Part shown: piece after piece, positions 26,302-37,186 of the stretch
Position numbering within the stretch: the stretch's first letter is position 1
Layout: each line of letters opens with the position of its first letter
Source of the DNA: Eubacteriales bacterium
Lineage (GTDB): Bacteria; Bacillota; Clostridia; Oscillospirales; CAG-272
DNA: 60,028 nucleotides
Direction: 5' to 3'
Assembly: GCA_045123255.1 (NCBI GenBank)
Contig: JBGVIN010000069.1
Location: 1-60,028 of the forward strand
Program-made: the position numbers and the translations under genes
The notes under the pieces: model-generated
Seen by the model: the letters and a program-made list of their open reading frames with translations, nothing else
The model's database searches: none
What the model was told of the DNA's origin: nothing

Positions 26302-29300
26302 ATGAATCTTCAAAATTTATTAAAGCCCTATAAGAAAAAGATAGTGCTTGAGGCTGTTATCAGAGCAATAGCTGTTGGCTTGCTCGCAGGTCTCGTGGCA
26401 ACACTCATCTGTGCTTTGGCACTCGGAGGCACGGGCGTTGGCGTTAAGGCTGCGTTCACCTTCTGGATGTACCAAGACATCCCTGGATGGGTTGATATCG
26501 TAATAGGCGCAGTTAACGTGGCGGCTTCTTTAGCAGCCGGACTTATCGTAGGAATTATCTCAGGTGTGGCTATGTACCTCGTATCCTACAAAAAGGGAAA
26601 TAAGCAAATTGCAAGAAAGGTTGACTCACTCGGCCTTGAAGAGCGTGTTGTTACCATGATGGAGTACCAAGAGGACACATCACTCATCGCTCAAATGCAA
26701 AGACAGGACGCACAAAAGAAATTGAACGAGTTCAATCTCGAAGCGGTTACCGTTAAATTCCCCGTTGAAAAAATACTTTCAGCAGTTGCACTTTTGCTTG
26801 CTGTATTGATCGTATTTACAACAATTCCACTCGTTTCACATGCTATTGATATTAAGAGAGAAGAAATCGAAGAAAATAACGATTCAAGCAGCAGTGAACA
26901 AACAAAGGAAGAAATTCTTGAGGAAATTGACAAGATTATTCAAGAGGCTCCTATCACAGAGGATAAGAGAGAAGAGCTTGAAGAGGTAAAGGATGAGCTT
27001 GACCAAAAGCTTGAGCAAGAGGACCTTTCCACAGAACAGGAAAACGAAGCTATCCAAGATGCAATCAAAGACTTTGAGCAGGTTGTAGAAGAGGAAGAGC
27101 AAAAGATTATCAGCCTTATCGAGGCACTCAAGGAAAATTCAATCACAAACGAGCTTGGCTGTGCTATCGAGGAGCTTTTCAACGCTGTAAGATCAGCTGA
27201 AAAGAACACCTTGGAAATCCAAAAGGGCAAGGACGCAGTTACTGCCGCTATGGAAAACTTAAAGTCAAAGCTTAACAGATCCAGAATCACATATGCACAG
27301 TTAAAGACAGCTATCAACACAGCAATTGAGGTTGCATCAGTACCTCAAGATATGCACGCACTTAAGGTTGCGCTTCTCGGCTTCTGCGACAACTTGACAG
27401 AGATGGAGCAAGCAGAGAACAGCCCAACAATGTCAGAATCCACAATTCTTAAGGTTATCGAGGACGGCTTTGCTGAATCCACAAAGAATATTATCGAGGC
27501 AGTTGAGGACATTAAGGACTTGCAGGAAACCGTAGACCAAATCAAGGAAAAGCTTGAAGACTATCAGGATGAGGTTATCGGTGAGCTTGAAAACAAGGTT
27601 GAGGATAAATTTGAGGAAATGGAAGAAGAAATCAAAGAATCCGATATGACCGAGGAAGACAAGAACGAAATGCAAGAGGAGCTTGATAAGGTTAAGGAAG
27701 AAATCGACGAAATCCTCAAGGACGAAAACATGACCGAAGAGGAAAAGAAGGACGCGGTTGAGGACGAATTAAGAGATTTCGAAAATGACCTTAAGGAAGA
27801 AATCGAGCAAGAAAAGGAATCAAACGAGCAAATCGCTGAAAACTTGAAGAACAATGAGCTCAAGGAAAGCGAAGACGAAACCGAAAAGGAAATGGGCGAG
27901 GCTCTTGAAAAAATCGGCGAAGCAATCGAGGATATGAACAAGGCTGAAACCGAGCAGGAAAAGCAAGACGCTCAGGACAAGATCGACGAAGCACTCAAGG
28001 ACCTCGAGGACCTTATCAACGGTAAGGATCCTGAAACAAACGAGGACAAAAACTTAACAGACGAAGAAAAGCAAGAAAACGCTGACAAGGTTGCAGACGC
28101 AATCCATAACGCAGTTACAACAACTCCCGACTCCGAAATGAAGGATTCAATGGAAGAGTTTGTAGACGACCTCAAGAACGCAACGGACAATGCTGAAAAG
28201 AACGAAACAAGCACCGAAGAGGAAATCAAGGATGCTTTCGATAAGGTTCAGGAAAATATGTCCAACTCAAGCGAAAAGCTTGATACAAAGGAAGAAATTA
28301 AGGAAGACGTTGGCGAATTAAGAGAGGAAATCATCGGTAGCGCGGAGAAGGAATTCAAGGACGCAATCGACGATATCAAGGATAAGGTTGACAACTCCGA
28401 TATCAGCAAGGACACACAAAACAACATTGACAAGGTTCTTGAAAACCTTGAAAACAAGGTTGAGGATATGCTTGATAACAACGCTGACAAGTCAGATATC
28501 AACTCCGAAATCAACGATGCCAAGGAGCAAATCGACCAAATGATTAAGGACGATATGAACAACAAGGCAGACGAGTTCAAGCCAAGTGATAAAAACGAGG
28601 GCGGCGAGCAAGAGGACAGCGAAAATCAAGACGGCGAGCAGCAAGAGGGCGAAAATAGCGACATTCAGGACGCTATGAACGACATCAATCAATCAATCCA
28701 AGACGCAAACAACGCAGCTCAAAAGAATGACCAAAGCGCTATGGAGGATGCAAAGGATTCACTTCAAGAAGCATTCGACAAGCTTGAAAATCAGCTCAAA
28801 AACGAAAACGGCGAATGGCTTAAGGGCGAAGCTCTTGACAAGGTTCTCGGCGAAATGACTGAGGACTTCAAGGACATGGCAGACAGCATGCCTGACGGCG
28901 AAGCGAAGGACATTTGGAACGACCTTGCAAACTCATTTGAGCAAGCAAAGGATCAAGCAGGCGAAAACAAGGACGAGGAGGCAGTAGGTACTGCTAAGGA
29001 CGCTCTTGATAACGCAGAGCAAAAGTTTGAAAACGCAATGGGCAAGCTTGAAAACATGGGTCAAACAAACCAAGACATTCAAGATAAGCTCGACGATGCA
29101 CAAAACGCAATCTCGGGTCAAAAGCCAAACCAAGACCAACAACAGGGTCCAAGTGAGAATGAAAAGCCAGAAGAGGGCGAAAATAGCGACCAACCGACTG
29201 ATGACCAACAACAGGGTCAACAGGGTGAGGGCGAGCAAAAGCCTGACGAGGAAAATCCTGATGGCGACGGCGACTCCGAGGAGCAAACTCCACCAAAGGA

Positions 29301-29505
29301 TGAAAACACATCTACAGGCGGTAGCGGCGAAGAGAAAAAGGATACAGATGCGTTTATCCCGGGTATGGGAAGCACAACTCTTGAGGAGCTTATCCAAAGC
29401 GGCGCATTTGATGGCGAGTACGACAAGCAGTTCGGCAGAGATTTAACTGACGAAGAGCGTCAAGCTATCGAAAACTACTTCCAGTCATTGAAGGGCAACG
29501 GCTAA
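26302..29505 (+). CDS. Large membrane-anchored acidic helical-repeat protein (MoxR-operon associated, DUF4175-like architecture)
   Basis: Three N-terminal TM helices with ARKVDSLGLEERVVT loop; E/D/K-rich helical body; Q/E/G low-complexity tail; C-terminal LTDEERQAIENYFQSL. Confidence 0.75.
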   Translation: MNLQNLLKPYKKKIVLEAVIRAIAVGLLAGLVATLICALALGGTGVGVKAAFTFWMYQDIPGWVDIVIGAVNVAASLAAGLIVGIISGVAMYLVSYKKGNKQIARKVDSLGLEERVVTMMEYQEDTSLIAQMQRQDAQKKLNEFNLEAVTVKFPVEKILSAVALLLAVLIVFTTIPLVSHAIDIKREEIEENNDSSSSEQTKEEILEEIDKIIQEAPITEDKREELEEVKDELDQKLEQEDLSTEQENEAIQDAIKDFEQVVEEEEQKIISLIEALKENSITNELGCAIEELFNAVRSAEKNTLEIQKGKDAVTAAMENLKSKLNRSRITYAQLKTAINTAIEVASVPQDMHALKVALLGFCDNLTEMEQAENSPTMSESTILKVIEDGFAESTKNIIEAVEDIKDLQETVDQIKEKLEDYQDEVIGELENKVEDKFEEMEEEIKESDMTEEDKNEMQEELDKVKEEIDEILKDENMTEEEKKDAVEDELRDFENDLKEEIEQEKESNEQIAENLKNNELKESEDETEKEMGEALEKIGEAIEDMNKAETEQEKQDAQDKIDEALKDLEDLINGKDPETNEDKNLTDEEKQENADKVADAIHNAVTTTPDSEMKDSMEEFVDDLKNATDNAEKNETSTEEEIKDAFDKVQENMSNSSEKLDTKEEIKEDVGELREEIIGSAEKEFKDAIDDIKDKVDNSDISKDTQNNIDKVLENLENKVEDMLDNNADKSDINSEINDAKEQIDQMIKDDMNNKADEFKPSDKNEGGEQEDSENQDGEQQEGENSDIQDAMNDINQSIQDANNAAQKNDQSAMEDAKDSLQEAFDKLENQLKNENGEWLKGEALDKVLGEMTEDFKDMADSMPDGEAKDIWNDLANSFEQAKDQAGENKDEEAVGTAKDALDNAEQKFENAMGKLENMGQTNQDIQDKLDDAQNAISGQKPNQDQQQGPSENEKPEEGENSDQPTDDQQQGQQGEGEQKPDEENPDGDGDSEEQTPPKDENTSTGGSGEEKKDTDAFIPGMGSTTLEELIQSGAFDGEYDKQFGRDLTDEERQAIENYFQSLKGNG

Positions 29506-29579
29506 TAATAAAAATTAGCCAATCGCTCTTTACAATAAAAAACACAACGAAATCAAATTAAAGTTTACGGAGAAGAATT

Positions 29580-30752
29580 ATGGGAACTATTGAAACAAAA
29601 GATACAAAAACAACACAAGCAGCTGAATCAGCTGCACCTGTAGCGGCAGCTCCTGCAGCAGTACCTGCACCAAAGGCAGCACCTGCAATTGATCCTAAGG
29701 CGGCTGAGGAATTAAAGCTTTTCGCTGAAAAGTGCGAAAGAATTTTCCGCGAGGTTAAGAAGGATATCATCGGTCAAACAGAGGTTGTTCAATATACAAT
29801 TATTGCAATTATCGCAGGCGGTAACGTGCTTCTCGAGGGTGCGCCGGGTCTTGGTAAGACACGTCTTGTTAGATCACTCGGTCAAGTATTCGACCTTCCA
29901 TTCTCAAGAATTCAGTTTACACCTGACTTGATGCCTGCCGACGTAACAGGTACAAACATCATCACAAGAGACGAAAACGGCAACTCAAAGTTTGAATTCC
30001 AAAAGGGTCCAATCTTTAGTAACATCGTGCTTGCCGACGAAATTAACCGTGCTACTCCTAAGACACAGGCGGCTCTTCTTGAGGCGATGCAGGAGCACAA
30101 GGTTACAGTAATGGGCGAAAGCCGCAAGCTTAACGAGCCATTCTTCGTTCTTGCTACACAGAACCCAATTGAACAAGACGGTACATACCCACTTCCTGAG
30201 GCTCAGATGGACCGTTTCATGTTCAAGATTATAGTTCCCAACCCTTCTGCTGAAGAGCTTGGACAAATCGTAACAATGACACAAAAGACTATGGATGAAA
30301 CAGCACAGGCTGCTTGTAACGGCGAAGAGCTTCTCCGTATGAGATCTGTTGCTAAGACAATTCCTGTAGCTAAAGAGGTTCTTGATTACGCAATGGTATT
30401 GGTTGCTTCAACTCATCCCGACAGTGAGGTTGCAACCGCAACAACAAAGAGATACATCCGTCTCGGCGCATCTCCTCGTGCTGCTCAGGCTCTTATCACA
30501 GCAGCTAAGGTTCGCGCTCTTATCAGAGGCAGATATAACGTTTCATACGACGACATCAACGCACTTGCAGTTCCTGTTCTCCGTCACAGAATTAAGCTCG
30601 GCTTCGAGGCAGTTACATCTAAGATGAACGCTGACGACGTAGTTCTTTCACTTATCAGAGACTTGAACAGTGCAGGTAAGGGTGCAGAGGTTAACACTCT
30701 CGCAACAAAGAAGCCTGCTGCAGCTCCTGCGGCTAAGCCAGCAAAAAAATAA
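29580..30752 (+). CDS. moxR: MoxR-family AAA+ ATPase
   Basis: LLEGAPGLGKT, RIQFTPDLMPAD, LADEINRATPKTQ, ATQNPIEQDGTYPLPEAQMDRF, GASPR. Confidence 0.95.
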   Translation: MGTIETKDTKTTQAAESAAPVAAAPAAVPAPKAAPAIDPKAAEELKLFAEKCERIFREVKKDIIGQTEVVQYTIIAIIAGGNVLLEGAPGLGKTRLVRSLGQVFDLPFSRIQFTPDLMPADVTGTNIITRDENGNSKFEFQKGPIFSNIVLADEINRATPKTQAALLEAMQEHKVTVMGESRKLNEPFFVLATQNPIEQDGTYPLPEAQMDRFMFKIIVPNPSAEELGQIVTMTQKTMDETAQAACNGEELLRMRSVAKTIPVAKEVLDYAMVLVASTHPDSEVATATTKRYIRLGASPRAAQALITAAKVRALIRGRYNVSYDDINALAVPVLRHRIKLGFEAVTSKMNADDVVLSLIRDLNSAGKGAEVNTLATKKPAAAPAAKPAKK

Positions 30753-30770
30753 TATAATTAGGCGGTAAAA

Positions 30771-31670
30771 ATGAAACGTAGAATATTAGACGGTGACTTT
30801 CTCGACCGTCTCGATGCCGCCGCACTTGTCTTAAAAACTGCTATGACGGGCTTCTTTGGAGGCTCCAGAAAAGCCCGCTCATACGGTAATACTGTAGAGT
30901 TTGCGGATTTCCGTGAATACACCGCAGGCGATGATATCAGAAGAATCGACTGGAACGTATTTGCAAGAACCGAAAAATACTTCATTAAATTATTTACAGA
31001 TGAAAGACAAATGCACAATCATATTATGATTGACTGCTCAGCTTCAATGGCTTGCGGAAACCCTGAAAAGGCGGAAGCGGCACTTAAAATAGCGGCAGCA
31101 TTCGGGTACCTTTCAGTAGCGGCGATGGACAGAGTTTCCTTCGAGCTTCTTAAGGGTGATAAGGCTGAGAATATCGGCTTTACAGTTGGTAACAAGGATT
31201 CCTTCTATCGTGCGGCTCAAAAGCTTGAAACGACTGATTTTGACGGTGAAACAGACCTCGAAAAATCAATAGTAAATATGGAATCCCCCGGATACGACGA
31301 TGGTCTTACAATAATTATTTCAGACTTTTTGACAGACTCAAACTGGAAAAAAGCCATAGATTTTCTTATGTACCAGCGTAGGGAAATCTTAATGATACAG
31401 GTTCTCTCTCCCGACGAGCTTTATCCCGACCTTGACGGCAGAATTCAAATGCTTGACTCTGAGGCGGTTGATATCGGCGACGGCAGAAATATGAGAATGA
31501 TCATGACAAAGAAAATGGTAAAAGCTTATCAAAAGGCGCTTGACGAGTTTGAACAAGAGCTTATCAACTTCTGTGCTTCAAGAGACGTAACGTTCTTCAC
31601 AGTATCAAGCGACGAGCCTATTGAGAAGGTTATTTTTGGAAAAGGATACGAAACGGAGATTATCAAATGA
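30771..31670 (+). CDS. DUF58 / vWA-domain protein
   Basis: EFADFREYTAGDDIRRIDW, IDCSASM, ISDF. Confidence 0.92.
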   Translation: MKRRILDGDFLDRLDAAALVLKTAMTGFFGGSRKARSYGNTVEFADFREYTAGDDIRRIDWNVFARTEKYFIKLFTDERQMHNHIMIDCSASMACGNPEKAEAALKIAAAFGYLSVAAMDRVSFELLKGDKAENIGFTVGNKDSFYRAAQKLETTDFDGETDLEKSIVNMESPGYDDGLTIIISDFLTDSNWKKAIDFLMYQRREILMIQVLSPDELYPDLDGRIQMLDSEAVDIGDGRNMRMIMTKKMVKAYQKALDEFEQELINFCASRDVTFFTVSSDEPIEKVIFGKGYETEIIK

Positions 31671-33856
31671 GCGTAGGTACATGGTTAGGTCTGCTGGGAT
31701 TAGTTGCAGTGCCGATTATTGTTTTGATATATATTATCAAATCAAAATATGTGCCTAAGACAGTCTCCAGTACATATATTTGGCAACGAAGCTTAAAGTA
31801 CGTTAAGCGTCGTATTCCAATCAATTTCCTTATGTCACTCTTGCTTATTATGCAAATCCTTGTAGTAGTAGCGGCTACTCTTGCTCTTATGGATATCAAG
31901 ACCGAGCCTAATAAGTCTCAGGCATCGATAGTGGTTGTCGATGCATCCGCGAGCATGAAGGCGCAAAACGGAGACAAAACACGTTACGAAATTGCGCTTG
32001 AAAAGCTTAAGGCAGAGGCGAAGAACGTTGGTCCTAACTCCGGTATGGTAATTATTCTTGCATCAGACGTGCCTGAGGTAATTACAGAGGGTAAGAAGTG
32101 GAACGAGGAGCTTCAAATCGAGGAAACAACTCCTTATCTTTACGACAAGGACGAGGTTATTTTAGCAATTGATAAAAAGCTGACTGACAGATGCACAAAC
32201 ACAAACACCGATATTAACGCGGCGCTTGATATGGCACAAAATGCAGTTAACTTAAATAAGGAAGCAAAAATTTATTTATACACAGACCGTCTTTATGACG
32301 ACAACGACACAGTTCAGGTAATTAACTGTGCTGACCCTGAAAACGACTGGAACGCAGGTATTATTTCCTTCACGGATACAAACCTTGCGGCAGGTTATGA
32401 GTATAGGGTAACGCTTATCAACGAGGGCAAGGAGGCAGAATTTGCTATTTCCTTAAACGTTGACGGCGGTATTGTTGCAACAAAGAAGGTTACAATGGGT
32501 AAGAGCGAAACTAAGGAGTTTGTGTTCAGCCCAAGATCAACAGACAACTCTGATGCTATTAAGATTAAGAGCATCAAGTCATATTCAAAAGCAGAGGTTG
32601 AAATTAACACGTCAACTGACGTTATCAGCGATGATAACAAGGCGTACCTAAACGCAGTTGAAGGCATCGATATCAGAATTCTTTATGTAAGTAACGCTGT
32701 AAAGATGTCAAACGGCGGAATAGATTACGTTTACCAAACCACACTTCAAAGAAGTATGGGTTCAAGCGGCTTCGTTATCAACACCTCTGACATTTTCCAC
32801 GCTTCACAAATCAAAGATGCACCGATGCACGGCTACGACTTATATATATATGAAGGAGTTATGCCTGTTTCGATGCCTAAGGACGGTGCGGTTTGGTTCA
32901 TAAATGCGCCAAGCAGTCCTGTTGGAACGAATATTGCAATTACTGACGTTGTTAAGGATGCGGCTGAGGCAGGAAAGGCGGACGGCTTTATGTTCGCAAA
33001 ATCCTCAATTGCACTCAAGCCAAATGCACAGCTTATCACAAAGAACGTAAACTTCGACGAGCCGATCAGATTTACAATTGACGGCGTTGAAAAGGCTATC
33101 CCCGCTGCGCTTAGCAAGTACACCATCATCGGTGAGGTTAACGATAAGACGGGTGAGGTTAAGTACACAATTCCTGAGTATTTTGAAGAGGTTTACAGCT
33201 GCTCGTACGATATAAAAATCGCTGATAAATACGTTACGGTTAAAACACCTGTAATGCTTGTCGGTACTGTTGGTACAACGAGAACCATCGTTACAACGTT
33301 TGACTTTACAAACTCCTCGCTTCCTGCATTTATTGCGGACTTCCCGGTTCTTCTTAAGAACATGGTGGAATACTCAATGCCTGAAACGTTGCCGGAGCGC
33401 ACACCTACAATAGGTGATAAGCTTCAGTTTAACGCTCCTGCAGGCGCAGAAAGCATTACATATTACTACAAGTCCTTCGAGGAGGAGGCAGAGGATCCAA
33501 CCTCACTCGGCAAAGAGGTAAACAGATGGGACGGCACAACCTTGCTTCTCCCTGACGTTATCCTTGACAAGCTCGGCATTTACAGCATTGTTGTAAACTA
33601 TACGCCTGAGATTGTATTTGACGAGGATGGAGAGCCCGTTGAAATCAAGGAAGAGCCTGATACGTTTGCTGTCAGCACGTACGTTCCGCTTTCCGAGAGT
33701 GATATTTCGGCAAGAGGTCCGCGTCTTTCTGCACCAACACCTGGTGAAGAGGCTCAAATAGACAGAAACGGACGTCCAATTCTTTGGATTGTAGTTTTGG
33801 TTCTTATCGCATTATTGATAGTTGAATGGGGGGTATATTACAGAGATGAGTATTAA
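31667..33856 (+). CDS. BatA-like N-terminal double-TM, vWA-domain membrane protein
   Basis: VPIIVLIYI...VSSTYIW BatA motif, VDASASM MIDAS, C-terminal TM ending LLIVEW. Confidence 0.85.
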   Translation: MSVGTWLGLLGLVAVPIIVLIYIIKSKYVPKTVSSTYIWQRSLKYVKRRIPINFLMSLLLIMQILVVVAATLALMDIKTEPNKSQASIVVVDASASMKAQNGDKTRYEIALEKLKAEAKNVGPNSGMVIILASDVPEVITEGKKWNEELQIEETTPYLYDKDEVILAIDKKLTDRCTNTNTDINAALDMAQNAVNLNKEAKIYLYTDRLYDDNDTVQVINCADPENDWNAGIISFTDTNLAAGYEYRVTLINEGKEAEFAISLNVDGGIVATKKVTMGKSETKEFVFSPRSTDNSDAIKIKSIKSYSKAEVEINTSTDVISDDNKAYLNAVEGIDIRILYVSNAVKMSNGGIDYVYQTTLQRSMGSSGFVINTSDIFHASQIKDAPMHGYDLYIYEGVMPVSMPKDGAVWFINAPSSPVGTNIAITDVVKDAAEAGKADGFMFAKSSIALKPNAQLITKNVNFDEPIRFTIDGVEKAIPAALSKYTIIGEVNDKTGEVKYTIPEYFEEVYSCSYDIKIADKYVTVKTPVMLVGTVGTTRTIVTTFDFTNSSLPAFIADFPVLLKNMVEYSMPETLPERTPTIGDKLQFNAPAGAESITYYYKSFEEEAEDPTSLGKEVNRWDGTTLLLPDVILDKLGIYSIVVNYTPEIVFDEDGEPVEIKEEPDTFAVSTYVPLSESDISARGPRLSAPTPGEEAQIDRNGRPILWIVVLVLIALLIVEWGVYYRDEY

Positions 33857-36800
33857 TTTATCCCTTTTATTCGCGGGCACGCTTAACTGGCCACTTCGTC
33901 CATGGGTGCTTTTAATCACAATTCCCGCACTTATTATCGGTATTATTCCATTTTTGCGTCTTAACAAAAAGCGTAGAGCGTCATCAAGACACTTAATTCC
34001 TTTTGTTATTCACATGGCACTTATTTTAATCCTTTCCTTAGTTGTTGCAGGTGTTTCCTATACGGAAAGCTACACTGAATCACAGGGTAAGGTTGTTATG
34101 TTCCTCGTTGATATGTCAGACAGTAGCGCACCTACCAAGGACGAAATGAACGACTATATGCACGAGGTTATGTCAGCGGCAAAAGCATCTGACAAAAAGT
34201 ACAAAACAGAAACAACGTTCGGTCTTGTTGTTTTCGGCGGTGCTGAAGGAAACGGCGTTATCAAAAATAGCGAGGGCAAGGACGTGTTGCTCCCGGGCGC
34301 ACTTGACTACGAAACGGAAAACTTCCTAAACGATTACGTTAAGGGCGAGGACGAAGCACCAAGAAAAGACACAAACATCAAGCTTGCTATTGAAAAGGCG
34401 CAAAACGCACTTTCTGCCGAAATGTATAAGGAATACACCAAAAAGGTAATTCTTCTTTCCGACGGTAGAGAAACAAACGGTAACTCATATTCCGCAGCTG
34501 CTGCGCTCGCAGGCGATAGCATTACGCTTGACTGTGCATATTTCGATTTCGTAAATAGCGAAAACGAGGATGCCGCTTACAAGGAAATTCAAGTAATTTC
34601 TCTTGATACAAACGGTGTTGTTAAGCTCGGCGAAGAGGTTGAGGCACAGGTTGTAGTAAACAGCATCTACCACGTTACCGACGCAACAATTATCTTAAAG
34701 GACGTTGCAGGCGTTCCGCTTACCGAGGTTAGCGGCGTTGTAATTCCTAAGGGACAAAGCACACACATCGTTAAGTTTACTCCAAGAAGATATACGGTAA
34801 GCGACGATGATTATGAAACAAACAATGAGCTTAAGGGTCAAGAGGCGGTATCAAAAACGGGCGTTCAAGCTATCTCCGTTGATATTACCACTAAAAACGA
34901 TACACTTCCGCTCAACAACATCTTCTCATCCTGGTACACATTTGAAACACAGGGACAAATCCTTGTTGTTTACGGTGACAGCACACAGCTTGAGCAGATT
35001 GAAGCTAACAACATTTTAGAGGATATGCGTTCAAAGTACACAGTTGATACCTGTGCACCAAGCGCATTCCCCGATACACTTGAAAAGATGCTCGTTTACG
35101 ATGAAATAGTTCTTATGAACGTTGATTTCACGCGCTTGGGTACAGGCTCGGAAATGGGAGTTTCTCCTATGACCATTGCAAGCAACATTAAGCGTTACGT
35201 TCAAGAAAACGGCCGTGGCTTGCTCTTTACAAGCGGTAATAACATTTATGACTACGATAACGAGGGCTTCATTGACTCACCAATCAACGACATTTTACCT
35301 GTTGAGCTTAAGGTTGATGAGGAAAAGGAAACCGTTGCTATGGTTCTTGTTATTGACCTTTCATCCTCAATGAAGGAAAAAATGGGCGAAAAGACAAGAT
35401 ATCAAATAGTTCTTGAGAGCGCAAAGAAGGTTATTATGGAATCCAACTTTGCACCCGAGGACTACATCGGTGTAGTTGTATTTGACCAGGACTATCACGT
35501 TGCGCTTGAAATTCAGCCGATAGGTGACGAAACCAACCGTGAAACCATTTGTGAAAAAATGGGCTACGAGATGGAGCATTACTACTATGCACACTATATC
35601 GACACAAAGACAGGCAAGGATAGTGATTACAGAATCAATCCAAAGGATAAGCACGTTCAAAAGGACGGAAAAACCTACCTCTATATTGAGGGTGAAGAGC
35701 CAAGATACCAGCTTCCTACCGGCGAATATAAGCGCGGCGGTGAGGACAAGGCAACGAGCGATTACATCAAGAGCTACGGTACGTCCTATAAATGGGCTGT
35801 TCAGGAGGCGAGCGCGATGCTCGGTAGAGCCTCCAACATTACAAGCATTGAAATTAAGCAAGTAGTATTTATGTCAGACGGTGCGCCAAACGATAAGGGC
35901 TCAGGCTATGAGGGTATCGTTGAGCGTATGGCAAAGGGCGGTACGGTAACGTCAACAATTGCTATCGGTATCAACAAGAGTGAGGCAACAGCTATTGCCG
36001 AGCTTGAAAAGATTTCCGCAGCAGGTAAGGGTAAAATCTTCCTTGTTAACAACGCCACCGACCTTGAAGAGGACCTCACTGAGATTGCAGAAAGCATTCA
36101 AGGTAAGCTCCTTAACACGGATATTACTGTTTTACCAATGCGTGACTCACTTAACTCCATCGTTCACGAGGGCGTAAGAGAGTACGATGAAATTCACGGC
36201 TACTACGGAACAACTATTAAGGATGGCGCAGAAAGAGTTATCTACGTTGACAACCTCCGTCCGCTTTATGCAGAATGGGAGTACGGTCTTGGTAAGGTAT
36301 GTGCTTTGATGACCGACCTTGGTAACGTTGACTGGACGGGTGAAATGTTCGACGATACTGACGGAATTGAAAACGTTCGTCTTGTTTCCAACATTTTGCT
36401 CTCGCCAATTTACAAGCGTGTTGACTCAACGGGTCTTGACTACACCGTTACAAGAGATGACAAGCGCATCGATATGACGGTTATGACTCCTGTTGATTTG
36501 GGAACGAGAAACCAAGCGGTTGACGGCATTTCCTACGAAGAGGTTATCCGCGCATCGGTTTACAAGTTTGACCAAACTAAGAAAATTTGGGTTGCTTACG
36601 GCACGTTCCACGCAACACCACTTGCAAACTGCAAGTATCAAGTGACAATCCCTACAGGCTCAATTGAAGAAACCTACGTTATAGTTCTTGACCTTTACAA
36701 GGCTCAGGTTGGCTACAACAGTGCAGGAAATAAGGCGTATTCACCGATTGAGTATGCAGTACACGGTGATGACCCGCTTCGCGATACGACTGCCTTGGCG

Positions 36801-37127
36801 GTTGTAGGTAAAACCCTTGAGGAATACGATATTCTAAGAGGTGGCTCAGATGCAGGCCGTGACCTTATGGAGGGCCTTGTAACAAGTAAGCTTGACGGAC
36901 TCGTTAACGGCAATGACTACAACCTTGACGAAATGTTCAGAAAGGAAGAGGGCGAGGACAAGACGGTAACTGAGGATTATAATATTGATATTCCGCTTAT
37001 CGCGATTGCGCTCATTCTCTTCGTGCTAGACATCATCTTCAGAAACTTCGTAATTAAGAAGAAGTCAAAGAAGAAGGGCGGCTATAAGACTGACGAAGAG
37101 GTTTACGAGTCAATGAGAGGTAGATAA
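33846..37127 (+). CDS. Double-vWA plus class I glutamine-amidotransferase-like domain membrane protein
   Basis: LVDMSDS...LSDG and VIDLSSSM...MSDG MIDAS pairs; YDEIVLMNV...YVQENGRGLL and WEYGLGKV segments; N- and C-terminal TMs; start reassigned to 33846. Confidence 0.85.
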   Translation: MSINLSLLFAGTLNWPLRPWVLLITIPALIIGIIPFLRLNKKRRASSRHLIPFVIHMALILILSLVVAGVSYTESYTESQGKVVMFLVDMSDSSAPTKDEMNDYMHEVMSAAKASDKKYKTETTFGLVVFGGAEGNGVIKNSEGKDVLLPGALDYETENFLNDYVKGEDEAPRKDTNIKLAIEKAQNALSAEMYKEYTKKVILLSDGRETNGNSYSAAAALAGDSITLDCAYFDFVNSENEDAAYKEIQVISLDTNGVVKLGEEVEAQVVVNSIYHVTDATIILKDVAGVPLTEVSGVVIPKGQSTHIVKFTPRRYTVSDDDYETNNELKGQEAVSKTGVQAISVDITTKNDTLPLNNIFSSWYTFETQGQILVVYGDSTQLEQIEANNILEDMRSKYTVDTCAPSAFPDTLEKMLVYDEIVLMNVDFTRLGTGSEMGVSPMTIASNIKRYVQENGRGLLFTSGNNIYDYDNEGFIDSPINDILPVELKVDEEKETVAMVLVIDLSSSMKEKMGEKTRYQIVLESAKKVIMESNFAPEDYIGVVVFDQDYHVALEIQPIGDETNRETICEKMGYEMEHYYYAHYIDTKTGKDSDYRINPKDKHVQKDGKTYLYIEGEEPRYQLPTGEYKRGGEDKATSDYIKSYGTSYKWAVQEASAMLGRASNITSIEIKQVVFMSDGAPNDKGSGYEGIVERMAKGGTVTSTIAIGINKSEATAIAELEKISAAGKGKIFLVNNATDLEEDLTEIAESIQGKLLNTDITVLPMRDSLNSIVHEGVREYDEIHGYYGTTIKDGAERVIYVDNLRPLYAEWEYGLGKVCALMTDLGNVDWTGEMFDDTDGIENVRLVSNILLSPIYKRVDSTGLDYTVTRDDKRIDMTVMTPVDLGTRNQAVDGISYEEVIRASVYKFDQTKKIWVAYGTFHATPLANCKYQVTIPTGSIEETYVIVLDLYKAQVGYNSAGNKAYSPIEYAVHGDDPLRDTTALAVVGKTLEEYDILRGGSDAGRDLMEGLVTSKLDGLVNGNDYNLDEMFRKEEGEDKTVTEDYNIDIPLIAIALILFVLDIIFRNFVIKKKSKKKGGYKTDEEVYESMRGR

Positions 37128-37154
37128 TTTGCCTAACGATTCACATATAAAATA

Positions 37155-37186
37155 AAAAATCCCTGTGCTTCGGCACAGGGATTTTT
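37155..37186 (+). terminator. Intrinsic terminator of MoxR/vWA operon
   Basis: AAAAATCCCTGTGC-TTCG-GCACAGGGATTTTT. Confidence 0.9.

Noticed and set aside
26691-29446. Many antisense Ser/Leu/Phe-rich ORFs
   Set aside because: Shadow frames of a strongly codon-biased Glu/Asp/Lys-rich gene; the same applies to shadow ORFs over dnaK, gpmI and lysS
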